A stretch of 64,000 nucleotides of DNA from a virus, in IMG/VR virus record IMGVR_UViG_3300048014_000057, positions 32,001-96,000 of that record. One strand, given 5' to 3'. How positions within the stretch are numbered: the first letter of the stretch is position 1; the number at the start of each line of letters is the position of its first letter. Positions 10,702 to 19,783 of the stretch are shown one piece after another. Below the pieces are notes generated by a model that did not search any database, was not told where the DNA came from, and worked only from the letters and a program-made list of their open reading frames with translations. The position numbers were made by a program, and so were the translations under genes.

Positions 10702-10860
10702 TTATCCTAAGTTTTTAACTGATTCTGCCGCAATAAATTGAATATCTTCTCTTCTAACTCCAATATCAGAAAGTTCTTTATCGGTTAAATAATTTAATTC
10801 TTTATAAATTCTTTGATACTCTTTATATTTCTTAATTTTAGAAATAATAAAATTCAACAT
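10702..10860 (-). CDS. DUF1127 (YjiS-like) small protein, 52 aa, absent from ORF track
   Basis: MLNFIISKIKKYKEYQRIYKELNYLTDKELSDIGVRREDIQFIAAESVKNLG; EL..L.D.EL.DIG..R.DI motif. Confidence 0.85.
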   Translation of the reverse strand: MLNFIISKIKKYKEYQRIYKELNYLTDKELSDIGVRREDIQFIAAESVKNLG

Positions 10861-10872
10861 TTTTTAACCTCT

Positions 10873-11160
10873 TTAAAATCCTCTTAATTCTTTTGTTACA
10901 TCTGATATTTCTTCAAGACGAAGAATTTTTATATTTTTTATATAAAAACTATACGCTTTTATGTATATATTATTTGTTAATTTAATAACAGGTGATAATT
11001 TATTTTTTAGATTATCTTCCGTGTAAAATACATTTTCTCCTAAATTTCTAGAAAAACCAGATAATATAATTTCTCTTTTAATTAACAATACAATATTTTC
11101 ATATTCTTTTTTATTTTTTTCTTTAAATTCTTCATTAAATTCTATATGAATACCATACAT
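10873..11160 (-). CDS. VapD-like (Cas2-fold) protein, divergent
   Basis: MYGIHIEF start, SGFSR..GENVFY, C-terminal NIKILRLEEISDVT resemble VapD. Confidence 0.5.
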   Translation of the reverse strand: MYGIHIEFNEEFKEKNKKEYENIVLLIKREIILSGFSRNLGENVFYTEDNLKNKLSPVIKLTNNIYIKAYSFYIKNIKILRLEEISDVTKELRGF

Positions 11161-11186
11161 TTAATAATTCCTTTTTTAAAAAGAGT

Positions 11187-11246
11187 TGGACCAAGGGAAG
11201 GATTCGAACCTCCGACATAAAGCTCTACCAACTGAGCTACCTTGGT
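11187..11246 (-). ncRNA. tRNA-like RNA lacking the anticodon arm (60 nt)
   Basis: ACCAAGG TA GCTC AGTTGGTA GAGC TTTATGTC GGAGG TTCGAAT CCTTC CCTTGGT CCA. Confidence 0.75.
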
Positions 11247-11253
11247 ATAAAAA

Positions 11254-11327
11254 TGGAGCGGAAAAAAGGACTTGAACCTTTTTCAACAGTTTGGAAGACT
11301 GTGGCACAACCTATATACCATTCCCGC
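11254..11327 (-). tRNA. tRNA-Gly(TCC)
   Basis: GCGGGAA...ACAGT CTTCCAA ACTGT...TTCAAGT...TTTCCGC T CCA. Confidence 0.92.
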
Positions 11328-11348
11328 AAATTTAATAATTTTATTCTG

Positions 11349-11572
11349 TTGTCAACTATTTATTCAGGTTATATTTATATTTGGTATGATATTAAATCTA
11401 AATTTTTTTATATTGGTGGCCATAAAGGAAAAGTTTCTGATTATTATATATGTTCAAATAAACCAATGTTAAGAGCTTATAAATTAAGACCAGAAACTTA
11501 GAAATTCTATAATAGGAAGAAAATTACAAACTAGAGAAGATGGAAGTAAATATTGGAAATATCCTGATAAAA
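11349..11572 (+). pseudogene. GIY-YIG (seg-like) homing endonuclease remnant
   Basis: GYIYIWYD...FYIGGHKG...YICS then stop at 11499-11501; downstream fragment TREDGSKYW suggests an internal deletion. Confidence 0.65.
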
Positions 11573-11845
11573 GTGGGGAGATTCTGTTACTAGGCTCTCC
11601 CCCTATGCCCTAGTTAGAGATTATGCACAGAGTGCAAAACCTTCAACAAATGCAACTTCATTATCATTTGCATTTACAGTTTTATTCCGTTAACGGAGGT
11701 TTCCCCCGATAGACTACTCATTTCCTTCATCTAGCAATCGATCCTGTTCGAGCCCATCAACAAAACACCTTAATGTACTCTTGGTGGACTCGCGGACATA
11801 CGCTAGTCCGGTCTTGCCAAGATTATCTAAATGTATCAACATCTA
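11571..11845 (-). ncRNA. ssrA: two-piece (circularly permuted) tmRNA, alphaproteobacterial type
   Basis: Acceptor piece ends CGAGTCC A CCA (11782); 26-nt spacer; coding piece starts GGGCTCG AACAGGATCGA (11755), giving G3-U70; tag ORF 11671-11621 ANDNEVAFVEGFALCA*; outer ends approximate. Confidence 0.9.
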
Positions 11846-11898
11846 TCCTTTATTTATCTCATAAAATCTTTTACAAGTCAAGAAAAAAATAAAAAAAA

Positions 11899-12261
11899 TT
11901 AAATATAAATTCCCCTATCAATTACATTATAATGGGAATAAACACCAATATCTCCAAAATATTTTTCTACACATTCAACAACAATTCTATGATCATAATC
12001 TTTACATGAAAAAATATCAAAATAAGCTGTATTGGTATCAGAAGAAAAATGTGCAGTTATATTACTTGTAACTATTTTTTGTAATAAAGTATATCCGGCT
12101 TTATTACCATGACCAAAATAAACAATTTCGGGTTCACCAAAGGCAACCATATCTATAGATTCAACCAATTCTTCTACAAATTTTTTTATATTTGTAGAAG
12201 AATTGATTTTTTTATTATTACAATTATAAACATCTATAGATAATGATTTTCCCCAAGCCAT
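11899..12261 (-). CDS. speD: S-adenosylmethionine decarboxylase
   Basis: WG...ID..NC; GYTLLQ.IVTSNITAHF self-cleavage region; DIFSCK. Confidence 0.88.
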   Translation of the reverse strand: MAWGKSLSIDVYNCNNKKINSSTNIKKFVEELVESIDMVAFGEPEIVYFGHGNKAGYTLLQKIVTSNITAHFSSDTNTAYFDIFSCKDYDHRIVVECVEKYFGDIGVYSHYNVIDRGIYI

Positions 12262-12463
12262 TTTAATTTCCTTACTAATTAAAAATGTATTTATTATATT
12301 TTATTATAAAATAAGAATACAATTTTAAAGTCTTTATAGTTATTTTATGTGCCATTTCAGGAGGTAAAAAAGATAAAATAAATCTGATAATACGATAACA
12401 TTTAATTATCATAAAATCAAAAATGTATAATATCATAAGAATTAAAAATTGTAATAAATTCAT

Positions 12464-13390
12464 TTATTCTATCAATTCATGAAATTCATCTGCATCATTG
12501 CCATCAAATACACGATTAATAGTCTCAAAAAGATATGTTCTGTTAATATTTTTATTACTAGATTTTTTAAGAATATTAATTAATTCATGAAAAAATGAGG
12601 CATCTACGCCTATTAATTGTTCATATAACACTTCCATAACATTTAAATCTAATTTAGAAATATCCCAGGCAATTTTTAACATTTCTCCTGCCGTAATAGT
12701 CCATCCACGATTAATAAATTTCTTAATCCTAAACATGGAACAAATAGGATACAAAGACCCTACATATTTTAATTCCTTGGCTAGAATACTTTCTAGAGCA
12801 TCCTCATTTAATACAAGTCCATCTTTTTCAGTGTACCAATTAGTAACATGAACAAAATCATAATTTTCATGAATTACATCTGGTCTACCAATAAATCTTG
12901 TAATAATTTGTACATCACCATGAAGAGAAATAGCATTGGAAGAAATCATAGAAACAGAAAATGGAGTTTTTGTTTTAAATGATTCTTTATCTAGATATGA
13001 TTCAATATTATCACCATTGGTCATTTCAAAATATTCATAATCTTTAAAATCTTCATCTTCTGATCGAATTATACCGGCAGATTTAATAAAAACAACTACT
13101 CTACTATTTTTAATTTCTGCAAAGATTCTACTTACTTTATCAGTTTTGGTTACTTTAGAAATATAATAATTGACCAAATTTAGTACAACTTCAGGTGTTT
13201 GAAAATAAACATCATAATCATTAGGATTTTCCCCTAATAACATTGATGCTATTGCTCCACCAGTTACAATATAATCATTTTTTACTTCTTTTCTCAAGAC
13301 TTCATCATCAATAGATTTAATCCATTTATCCATTTTATTTTGGATAGTCTGAACAATAGTTTTTCTCTTAAAACCTCTTTTATTATCCAC
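12464..13390 (-). CDS. Pol-beta superfamily nucleotidyltransferase-like protein
   Basis: IVTGGAIASML...NDYDVYF (hGG...DxD), YDFVH, RIKKFINRGW. Confidence 0.65.
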   Translation of the reverse strand: MDNKRGFKRKTIVQTIQNKMDKWIKSIDDEVLRKEVKNDYIVTGGAIASMLLGENPNDYDVYFQTPEVVLNLVNYYISKVTKTDKVSRIFAEIKNSRVVVFIKSAGIIRSEDEDFKDYEYFEMTNGDNIESYLDKESFKTKTPFSVSMISSNAISLHGDVQIITRFIGRPDVIHENYDFVHVTNWYTEKDGLVLNEDALESILAKELKYVGSLYPICSMFRIKKFINRGWTITAGEMLKIAWDISKLDLNVMEVLYEQLIGVDASFFHELINILKKSSNKNINRTYLFETINRVFDGNDADEFHELIE

Positions 13391-13959
13391 CTAAAATTTC
13401 CTTTACATTGATTGACATTTCTGTAATTTCAACACCCATATTTCTAAGAATATATTCTCTAATTTTATTAGCTTCTTCAAATTTTTTATTTACATTTTCT
13501 GCATTAATTTTATTTTTATCAAGAGAATCTTCCATAACAGCAAATTGTGATAATTTAGCACATTCATAAATTAACATTTTTGCAAATTTTTTATAATTAA
13601 AATCTTCTAAATCCCAACATTGAAAAGCAAAGTAATCTATTTTATCTTTATTCATTTTTTAAATCTTTTATTTCTAGATTTTGTTTTTTTAATTCTTCTA
13701 ATAAATTTTCTGCTCTTTTCCCCCAATCTCTCCATCCATAAGAATGTGGTTCATCGTTAATAATTTCATCACAAAATGCTTCCATTTCCTTTTCTTGAGA
13801 TAATTTTTCTACATCAATATTATATGGATTTGAATATACACCAATAAATTTTCTATCCTTGGAATCTTCCGAATTATAAAGAAGATATAAAGAAATAGCA
13901 ATTTTATCCACAAGAGTTAAATTATTAGGTTTAATAGAAACTTTCATTTTAACATTCAT
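13383..13959 (-). other. two small hypothetical CDS (13383-13655, 13648-13959)
   Basis: Overlapping stop/start arrangement. Confidence 0.55.
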
Positions 13960-14030
13960 TTATTATTCCTTAATTATAGTAATTTTCATGAATAAATATA
14001 CCATGTTGAGAAAAAATGTTCAAGGAAAAA

Positions 14031-14444
14031 ATGACATATTATAATCCATGGTTATATAATAATAAAATTTTAGAAGATGAAGACCTAGAAAATTATGTTG
14101 GTTTTGTATATAAAATTACCAATAAATTAAATGGAAAGTTTTATATAGGAAAAAAAAGTTCTATTTCAACTAAAACTAAAATTATTAAAGGTAAAAAGAA
14201 AAAAACAAAATCAATATCGGCATGGAAATCTTATTGGGGAAGTTCTTCTTACCTTAAAGAGGATATTGAAAAATTAGGAAAAGAAAATTTTAGCAGAGAA
14301 GTATTACATCTCTCTAAAACCAAAACTGACCTTTCCTATTTAGAATTAAAAGAACAAATCCTACAAGGTGTCATGGAAACAGATTTATCATACAATATAT
14401 GGATAATGGTAAGAATTAGAAAAAATAATGTAAAATTAATATGA
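14031..14444 (+). CDS. GIY-YIG endonuclease
   Basis: GFVYKITN...FYIGKK, WKSYWGSS, FSREVL; ATG 14031 follows an AGGA SD. Confidence 0.85.
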   Translation: MTYYNPWLYNNKILEDEDLENYVGFVYKITNKLNGKFYIGKKSSISTKTKIIKGKKKKTKSISAWKSYWGSSSYLKEDIEKLGKENFSREVLHLSKTKTDLSYLELKEQILQGVMETDLSYNIWIMVRIRKNNVKLI

Positions 14445-15110
14445 AGAAGCAATGAGCCATTCTTTAACTATATCATTTCTACAAATATCTTGAATTTCCA
14501 TTTCTACTTTAACAAAACTTTTCATTCTATCGATTATTTTATGAAGATTATTAATACAAGATATTTCTCTTGTATTTTTTAAATCTCCTTGTTTTTCATC
14601 TCCAAGAATTATTAATCTACAATCTTTACCTGTTCTGGTAATTACAGTATCTATTTCTTCCATTGTCATATTTTGAACTTCATCAATAATAATTACTGCA
14701 TTATCTATGGTTATTCCTCTAAGATAGGATGTAGAAATAAATTTAATTTTTTCTTTAAATTTTAATTCTTTATAGGAATTTGATTTACTGAATAATTCAT
14801 TACAAATTCCTATAAATGGAAGTTCAAATATTTCATTTTTTTCTTCTTCAGTACCAGGAAGATAACCTTGGGTTCTGCTCGGTACTGCTGATCTTACTAA
14901 TATTATTTTATCGTAAAATTCATCTTCCAGAACAGCTTCTAATGCAAGATAAAGAGAAATCATTGTTTTTCCTGTTCCTGCAAATCCATGTATAAATAAA
15001 TGTTTTCCTTTATCAAAATAATCAAATATTTTTTGTTGGTTTATCGTTTTCGGTTTTATAGGTAAAAGTGTTAAAGTATTGGATTCTTTGACTTTTACTT
15101 TAGATACCAT
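14436..15110 (-). CDS. phoH: PhoH-like ATPase
   Basis: HGFAGTGKT, RSAVP, GYLPG, YLRGITI, IIDEVQN, GDEKQGDL. Confidence 0.95.
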   Translation of the reverse strand: MVSKVKVKESNTLTLLPIKPKTINQQKIFDYFDKGKHLFIHGFAGTGKTMISLYLALEAVLEDEFYDKIILVRSAVPSRTQGYLPGTEEEKNEIFELPFIGICNELFSKSNSYKELKFKEKIKFISTSYLRGITIDNAVIIIDEVQNMTMEEIDTVITRTGKDCRLIILGDEKQGDLKNTREISCINNLHKIIDRMKSFVKVEMEIQDICRNDIVKEWLIASSY

Positions 15111-15166
15111 TAAATGATCCTTTTCTTTTTTTTTTGATCATTTCTATTTATCTTTTTTCTAAAAAT

Positions 15167-15391
15167 TTATGGAATTTGTATCGTGTTTCCCGGATTTGCC
15201 TTTTGCATGGCTTTCAATTTACTTCTCCATGCATCCGAAACAGGTAATTTTCCAATTCTATAGGCATAATTCATACACTTAAAAATCTGTTGAATATTAG
15301 GATTATTTTTTAGATAATCCTTAAATTCTTCGTAGGACATTTGAACATCATTTTCTTTTTCTGTATTTTTATCTAGAACTGTATAAATCAT
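15167..15391 (-). CDS. small hypothetical protein, phoH-adjacent
   Basis: MSYEEFKDYLKNNPNIQQ resembles the small phoH-linked gene of T4-like phages. Confidence 0.55.
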   Translation of the reverse strand: MIYTVLDKNTEKENDVQMSYEEFKDYLKNNPNIQQIFKCMNYAYRIGKLPVSDAWRSKLKAMQKANPGNTIQIP

Positions 15392-15393
15392 TA

Positions 15394-15819
15394 TTATTTT
15401 ATTTCTTCTACTTTTTTATATAATTTAGCTTCTTCTAAATTTTCTAGAAGAGAAAGAATAGAATGCGCCAATTTAATATCTAATTTAGCATCTCTATAAT
15501 CATATGTCATTTTTTCCTTTATATAAGCATTATACCTTTCAAAAATTTTATATGTATAATCTTCAATATCCTTACAAAGAGTTGTAAAATCTAAATTAAG
15601 AGTATTTTTTTCTTTTTGATTTTTTAATTCTATAAGTTCTTCTAATATTGTAGAAATATTAAATTCATCAAGATAATCATCTTTAAAATAAAAAGTAACA
15701 TTTCCTTCATAATCTATGTCAAATATATAATATTTTGTATTTTTTTCAAAAGCAAAGTTTTTTAAAATTCTCCATTCCATAATTTTATTCCAAAAATCAC
15801 TATTATAAGTTATAATCAT
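15394..15819 (-). CDS. hypothetical protein
   Basis: 141 aa ORF within the operon. Confidence 0.55.
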   Translation of the reverse strand: MIITYNSDFWNKIMEWRILKNFAFEKNTKYYIFDIDYEGNVTFYFKDDYLDEFNISTILEELIELKNQKEKNTLNLDFTTLCKDIEDYTYKIFERYNAYIKEKMTYDYRDAKLDIKLAHSILSLLENLEEAKLYKKVEEIK

Positions 15820-16492
15820 TTTTATTTTCCTTTGCTTTTTCTTTGGCTCTTTCTTTACCTTCTTTAAAAGGATTTAAAAGTCTACCTAAAACATATCCAT
15901 TTTTTTCAGCTTCTTCTAAAGAAACTAAAAAATCTTTGACTCCATTATTATACCATCTTTTTCCTTTATTTGGTTCAATAGGAACGAGAATTGGCCTTTC
16001 TTGATTAAATTTTTTAAGAAGTTCCTCTGTTTCATCTGGAATTACATCTTCTTTTTCTTCTCTTTTTTCAGGTAACATACCAGGATATGCATCACATATC
16101 AAGTCATATGTTATTCCAGGATAAGGTAAAGATTTATCTTTCATATAAATTAATAATTCTGCATCTTCCGAATGAAGAGATTCTAATAATTGAATAAAAA
16201 GATTTTCTCTTTTTTGTTGATTTAATTTATCATTTCCTCCTTTACAAAAAATATATAATTTTCTATATTCTCTATAAAGTTTTGAATCTAAATCCGCATT
16301 TTCATTAAAAGAAGTATAAATCATTGGACCTTTAGGAAGTAACCATTCTACTCCTGGGTGTAAAGCTCCCTGAATAATATATCTTAGAGGTTCGTTATAA
16401 ATTGTCCTAAGATATTCAATTTGAATAGGTTTTCCTCTAATTTGTAAATCTGAAGCAGTTTTTAATAATAATGAAATTCTGGTAGGTTGCAT
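15803..16492 (-). CDS. conserved T4-like hypothetical protein, usually next to rnh
   Basis: WLLPKG, KRENLFIQLLESLH.EDAELLI..KDK. Confidence 0.75.
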   Translation of the reverse strand: MQPTRISLLLKTASDLQIRGKPIQIEYLRTIYNEPLRYIIQGALHPGVEWLLPKGPMIYTSFNENADLDSKLYREYRKLYIFCKGGNDKLNQQKRENLFIQLLESLHSEDAELLIYMKDKSLPYPGITYDLICDAYPGMLPEKREEKEDVIPDETEELLKKFNQERPILVPIEPNKGKRWYNNGVKDFLVSLEEAEKNGYVLGRLLNPFKEGKERAKEKAKENKNDYNL

Positions 16493-16504
16493 TTTTTTCC
16501 TTTT

Positions 16505-17338
16505 TTAAAAATCTTGTATATTCGATAATTGCTCTTTTAAATTATGTTGTATAAAATAATTTATTAAATTTTTTTTCTTTTTATTTATTTGATTTTGGTA
16601 AGATTCTAATATATTTTCTTGGATATCTTTAGGAGTCATGGATAAATCAATTAATTTTCTATTAAAATTAAATCTTTCTTGATATTCTTCTGGAATATTT
16701 TTTTCTTTCCACCATAAATCAATTTTATTTTGAAAAACTGGTTTTTGTCTTTTACCCAAAGCAATTGAATCCAAAGAAGAAAATATATTAGGAATAGAGT
16801 CAGAAGTACAACCTTTTATAATATTTTCAAAAAGATACTTATTAGGATCATTTGTTTCATAATATTTTTTATCTACTGTAGAATATTGTTTTACATTAGG
16901 ATATTTTTGTAATGAAATAAAATCTTTATCTCGACTTATTATTAATATAGGTTCTTTATAAGATTTATTTACCAGAAATCCTATAATATCATCACTTTCA
17001 GCTTTATCAACTTCAATTACAGGATATTTAAAATTATCTGATATTTCCTTTTTAATTTTATCCATGTAAATATATAGATCAGACCAATTTACAGAAGATT
17101 TATCTCTGTCTTTTTTTCTTTTAATTTTATAATAGGGAAATAAATCTTTTCTCCAATAATCTCTAGAATCACAAGAAATAATTAATTGTCCATATTCTGA
17201 AAACTTTTGTTTTACTGATTTAATTGAATTTAAAACCATATGTCGAATTAGGTCTTCATTTAATTCGACAGTTTCATTCATAAACAAATATTGCATAATA
17301 TTTGCAATGAGTGTCCCGTTAAAATCCATAATTAACAA
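16505..17338 (-). CDS. rnh: T4-type RNase H / 5'-3' exonuclease
   Basis: DLIRHMVLNSI, YWRKDLFPYYK..R, AESDDII, SRDKDF.QL, SDSIPN. Confidence 0.93.
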   Translation of the reverse strand: MLIMDFNGTLIANIMQYLFMNETVELNEDLIRHMVLNSIKSVKQKFSEYGQLIISCDSRDYWRKDLFPYYKIKRKKDRDKSSVNWSDLYIYMDKIKKEISDNFKYPVIEVDKAESDDIIGFLVNKSYKEPILIISRDKDFISLQKYPNVKQYSTVDKKYYETNDPNKYLFENIIKGCTSDSIPNIFSSLDSIALGKRQKPVFQNKIDLWWKEKNIPEEYQERFNFNRKLIDLSMTPKDIQENILESYQNQINKKKKNLINYFIQHNLKEQLSNIQDF

Positions 17339-17519
17339 ATTAATTATACTCCATTAAAATCATATAAAATTTATTTTCCAAATCCAAATAATAAGCAAAA
17401 ATAAGCTAATACAATAAACATACAAAATAATTTATATTTTATTTTGTATGAATATAAACAATATAAAGAAACTGACATACAAAACATAAATAAAATAGAA
17501 CCACATAATTCTTTCATTT

Positions 17520-18479
17520 TTATCTCTTATAATCGAAAACTACTTCATTTTTTTCAAAGGCACGAGGTAAGTCCTTAAGTTGATTTAAAAGACCTTCCCA
17601 CTGAACTTTTCGAAAATTCCAATTATGAATTTGATCAACATAACCTTTTTGACCTTTTAAACGTAATTCTAAGTTTTTCTCATTTAGAAGAGAATCAATT
17701 GCTAATTTTGTAGCATTAAAAAAAGAAATTGCGTGTTTTTGTAAATCTTCCTGATATTGATATTGAAATGTCCAATTTGCAGAAGTTTCATAAAGAGCCC
17801 CATAATTAGAATGAACACAAAGTAAACCTGCCGACATTGCTTCTATTAGACATAAACAGCTACATTCTTGCCAAATAGAAGGATACACAAAAATATGGGA
17901 ATTTCGTAGGGCTTCTCTTACAACAGAATTTTCCTGACTTCCATGATAATTAATCGAAGGATGTTGTCTACAAAAATCAAATAATTGTTCATATTCTTTA
18001 TCTCTTTGATCCCAACCATAAAGTTTGAATGAAGAATAAACATCTAATTCAACATTAGGATAAAACTTTAATAATTCTGGAAATACAGAAACAAGAATAT
18101 TTAAACCTCTATGGGGAGTAGGGGTATAGATTAACCTAATCTTATCTGTTGGTTTATAATAAGAGACATTTTCAATAGGGATAATAGAATTTTCAATTAC
18201 CAAACATTTTGACCATGGAATTTTAAATTTATTAATAAAAGATTGCATTTGCCAATTTGATACGAATACAATAAGATGAAATTTCTTCCATCCTCCGTTA
18301 TCAAGATAATTTAGCTGAGGGTCTTCTGCTAAATCGTGAATATAAGCAATTCTTATTTTACTTTCATCTAAAGGTTCTGTAAGCCGAGTAGGAATAATTT
18401 GAAAATTTGATAATAATTCTTCTGATAATGATTCTTTTAATCTATTCATTAAAAGTTCTGTTCCACCTTTAGCCGTCAA
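17520..18479 (-). CDS. GT-B glycosyltransferase (GT4-like)
   Basis: KGGTE, P.RGL.IL, YPSIWQE.SCL.LIEAMSAG, GAL.ET. Confidence 0.88.
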   Translation of the reverse strand: MTAKGGTELLMNRLKESLSEELLSNFQIIPTRLTEPLDESKIRIAYIHDLAEDPQLNYLDNGGWKKFHLIVFVSNWQMQSFINKFKIPWSKCLVIENSIIPIENVSYYKPTDKIRLIYTPTPHRGLNILVSVFPELLKFYPNVELDVYSSFKLYGWDQRDKEYEQLFDFCRQHPSINYHGSQENSVVREALRNSHIFVYPSIWQECSCLCLIEAMSAGLLCVHSNYGALYETSANWTFQYQYQEDLQKHAISFFNATKLAIDSLLNEKNLELRLKGQKGYVDQIHNWNFRKVQWEGLLNQLKDLPRAFEKNEVVFDYKR

Positions 18480-18480
18480 T

Positions 18481-18642
18481 TTATTTCTCCCAACGATCTG
18501 CTGCTTGTTTAATTGTTAAATCCGGTACAATTTGATCAGAATATTTTCCTACGGTAGCATAAGTAACTACCCTAACAAAACACCAATAAACTAACCTTTT
18601 TGGAAGTTTATAAGCTATATTCATTATTAATTTATCTAACAT
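18481..18642 (-). CDS. small hypothetical protein, 53 aa, not in ORF track
   Basis: MLDKLIMNIAYKLPKRLVYWCFVRV...; fills the gap between neighbours exactly, with SD. Confidence 0.6.
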   Translation of the reverse strand: MLDKLIMNIAYKLPKRLVYWCFVRVVTYATVGKYSDQIVPDLTIKQAADRWEK

Positions 18643-19146
18643 TTATTCTCCTAAGTTTTTGATTGAATTAATAGTTAAGATTGTATGAAATCCTTCCGAA
18701 TGAGTAGGAAATTCAAAAGATTTCTTCATACTTTCTACAACAGAAGAAGGAATTGTTTTTCCAGAACGAGAATTAAGTCTTTTATTATATATTTCTTCAT
18801 CTGGGCATTCAATAACAATAGCTATTTTTTTATAATTTTTTGGAATTAGATCAAGAATTTTTTTTCTGGATTTTACGGTTAAATTTGTCCTATCAACAAG
18901 AATATTTTTATTTTCTAAAACTGACTTTTTAATTATATCAAAAAATATATTTGTTGCTTCTTTAATATTACTTTCAAAAATTTCATTATAAGTTTTACCT
19001 TCTAAAACAGCAATTCTTTCTAAAATTCCATCAGAAGAACAAATAACACCATTATTATGAAAATAATTTTGACTTATCCAAGTAGATTTTCCAGAGGCGG
19101 GAAAACCTACCATCATATAAAAATATGGTCCTAAAATTAAAGACAT
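18643..19146 (-). CDS. P-loop kinase (AAA_33 / polynucleotide kinase-like)
   Basis: MVGFPASGKSTW, SSD, VDRTNL...R, P..SEGF. Confidence 0.85.
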   Translation of the reverse strand: MSLILGPYFYMMVGFPASGKSTWISQNYFHNNGVICSSDGILERIAVLEGKTYNEIFESNIKEATNIFFDIIKKSVLENKNILVDRTNLTVKSRKKILDLIPKNYKKIAIVIECPDEEIYNKRLNSRSGKTIPSSVVESMKKSFEFPTHSEGFHTILTINSIKNLGE

Positions 19147-19544
19147 CGAAATCCTTCTTTATTTTCTTCTGTATAATAACAATTTTTAAATTCAAATGTA
19201 GAAATTGCCCTATAACAACCTAAGCATGGACGACATAAACCAGAAATATAAGAGCCACGAGGTTTAGTTTTTTTTACTCTACAAACAAAAATAGAACATT
19301 TCTTAAAATCTTCAATATCGATCTTTTTATAAATATTTTTAATAGCACAAACTTCTGCATGTAAAAAAATAGAATTAGAATTTCTAGAATATTTCTTTTG
19401 AAAAGGATGGGTTTTCAAAAAATTCTGTCCAAATGAAATAATATCGTTTTTGTAGGTAATGCAAGAAACTATTTTTGCATTACCTACACTTTCAATATCT
19501 GAAGCCATATTGAACAATAAATTAAAAATCTTAGATTGATCCAT
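19137..19544 (-). CDS. zinc-dependent nucleotide deaminase family protein
   Basis: HAE...PCLGC. Confidence 0.8.
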   Translation of the reverse strand: MDQSKIFNLLFNMASDIESVGNAKIVSCITYKNDIISFGQNFLKTHPFQKKYSRNSNSIFLHAEVCAIKNIYKKIDIEDFKKCSIFVCRVKKTKPRGSYISGLCRPCLGCYRAISTFEFKNCYYTEENKEGFRCL

Positions 19545-19613
19545 AATAATTAGTCCATTTCAGTTGCTACTTAAGAGCATAGATCAATTTTTTAGAAATG
19601 TCAAGAAAATATT

Positions 19614-19783
19614 TGGCTCCTAGTGTGGGTAACGATCCCACCTAAACATTGCTTAATTTTACAATACATTATTTTAGTATTGTTTAATCTTCCAATACAT
19701 TATTTCAGTATGGACCACTAACTTATAATATATTATAAGTCGTTAATCAGGCAAGTCCTTGCACCATGCTTGGATTCCTAGGA
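19614..19783 (-). tRNA. tRNA-Asn(GTT) interrupted by a 91-nt insertion (19657-19747) in the anticodon
   Basis: TCCTAGG...TTGC CTG|insert|TTAA GCAA...GTGGG ATCGTTA CCCAC ACTAGGA G CCA; TCC/GGA acceptor end and G73 fit Asn. Confidence 0.75.

Noticed and set aside
10873-11160. Cas2 / CRISPR-Cas system
   Set aside because: No array or other cas gene seen; the pattern fits VapD better
11253-11501. 82-aa ORF MERKKGLEPF...
   Set aside because: Its first third is the antisense of tRNA-Gly; only the GIY-YIG remnant is meaningful
13904-13912. Single TTATCCACA matches here and at 23582
   Set aside because: Isolated, inside coding sequence, and expected by chance in AT-rich DNA
19657-19747. tRNA insertion as a group I or group II intron
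   Set aside because: Only 91 nt, no terminal G, no recognisable P7 core or domain V
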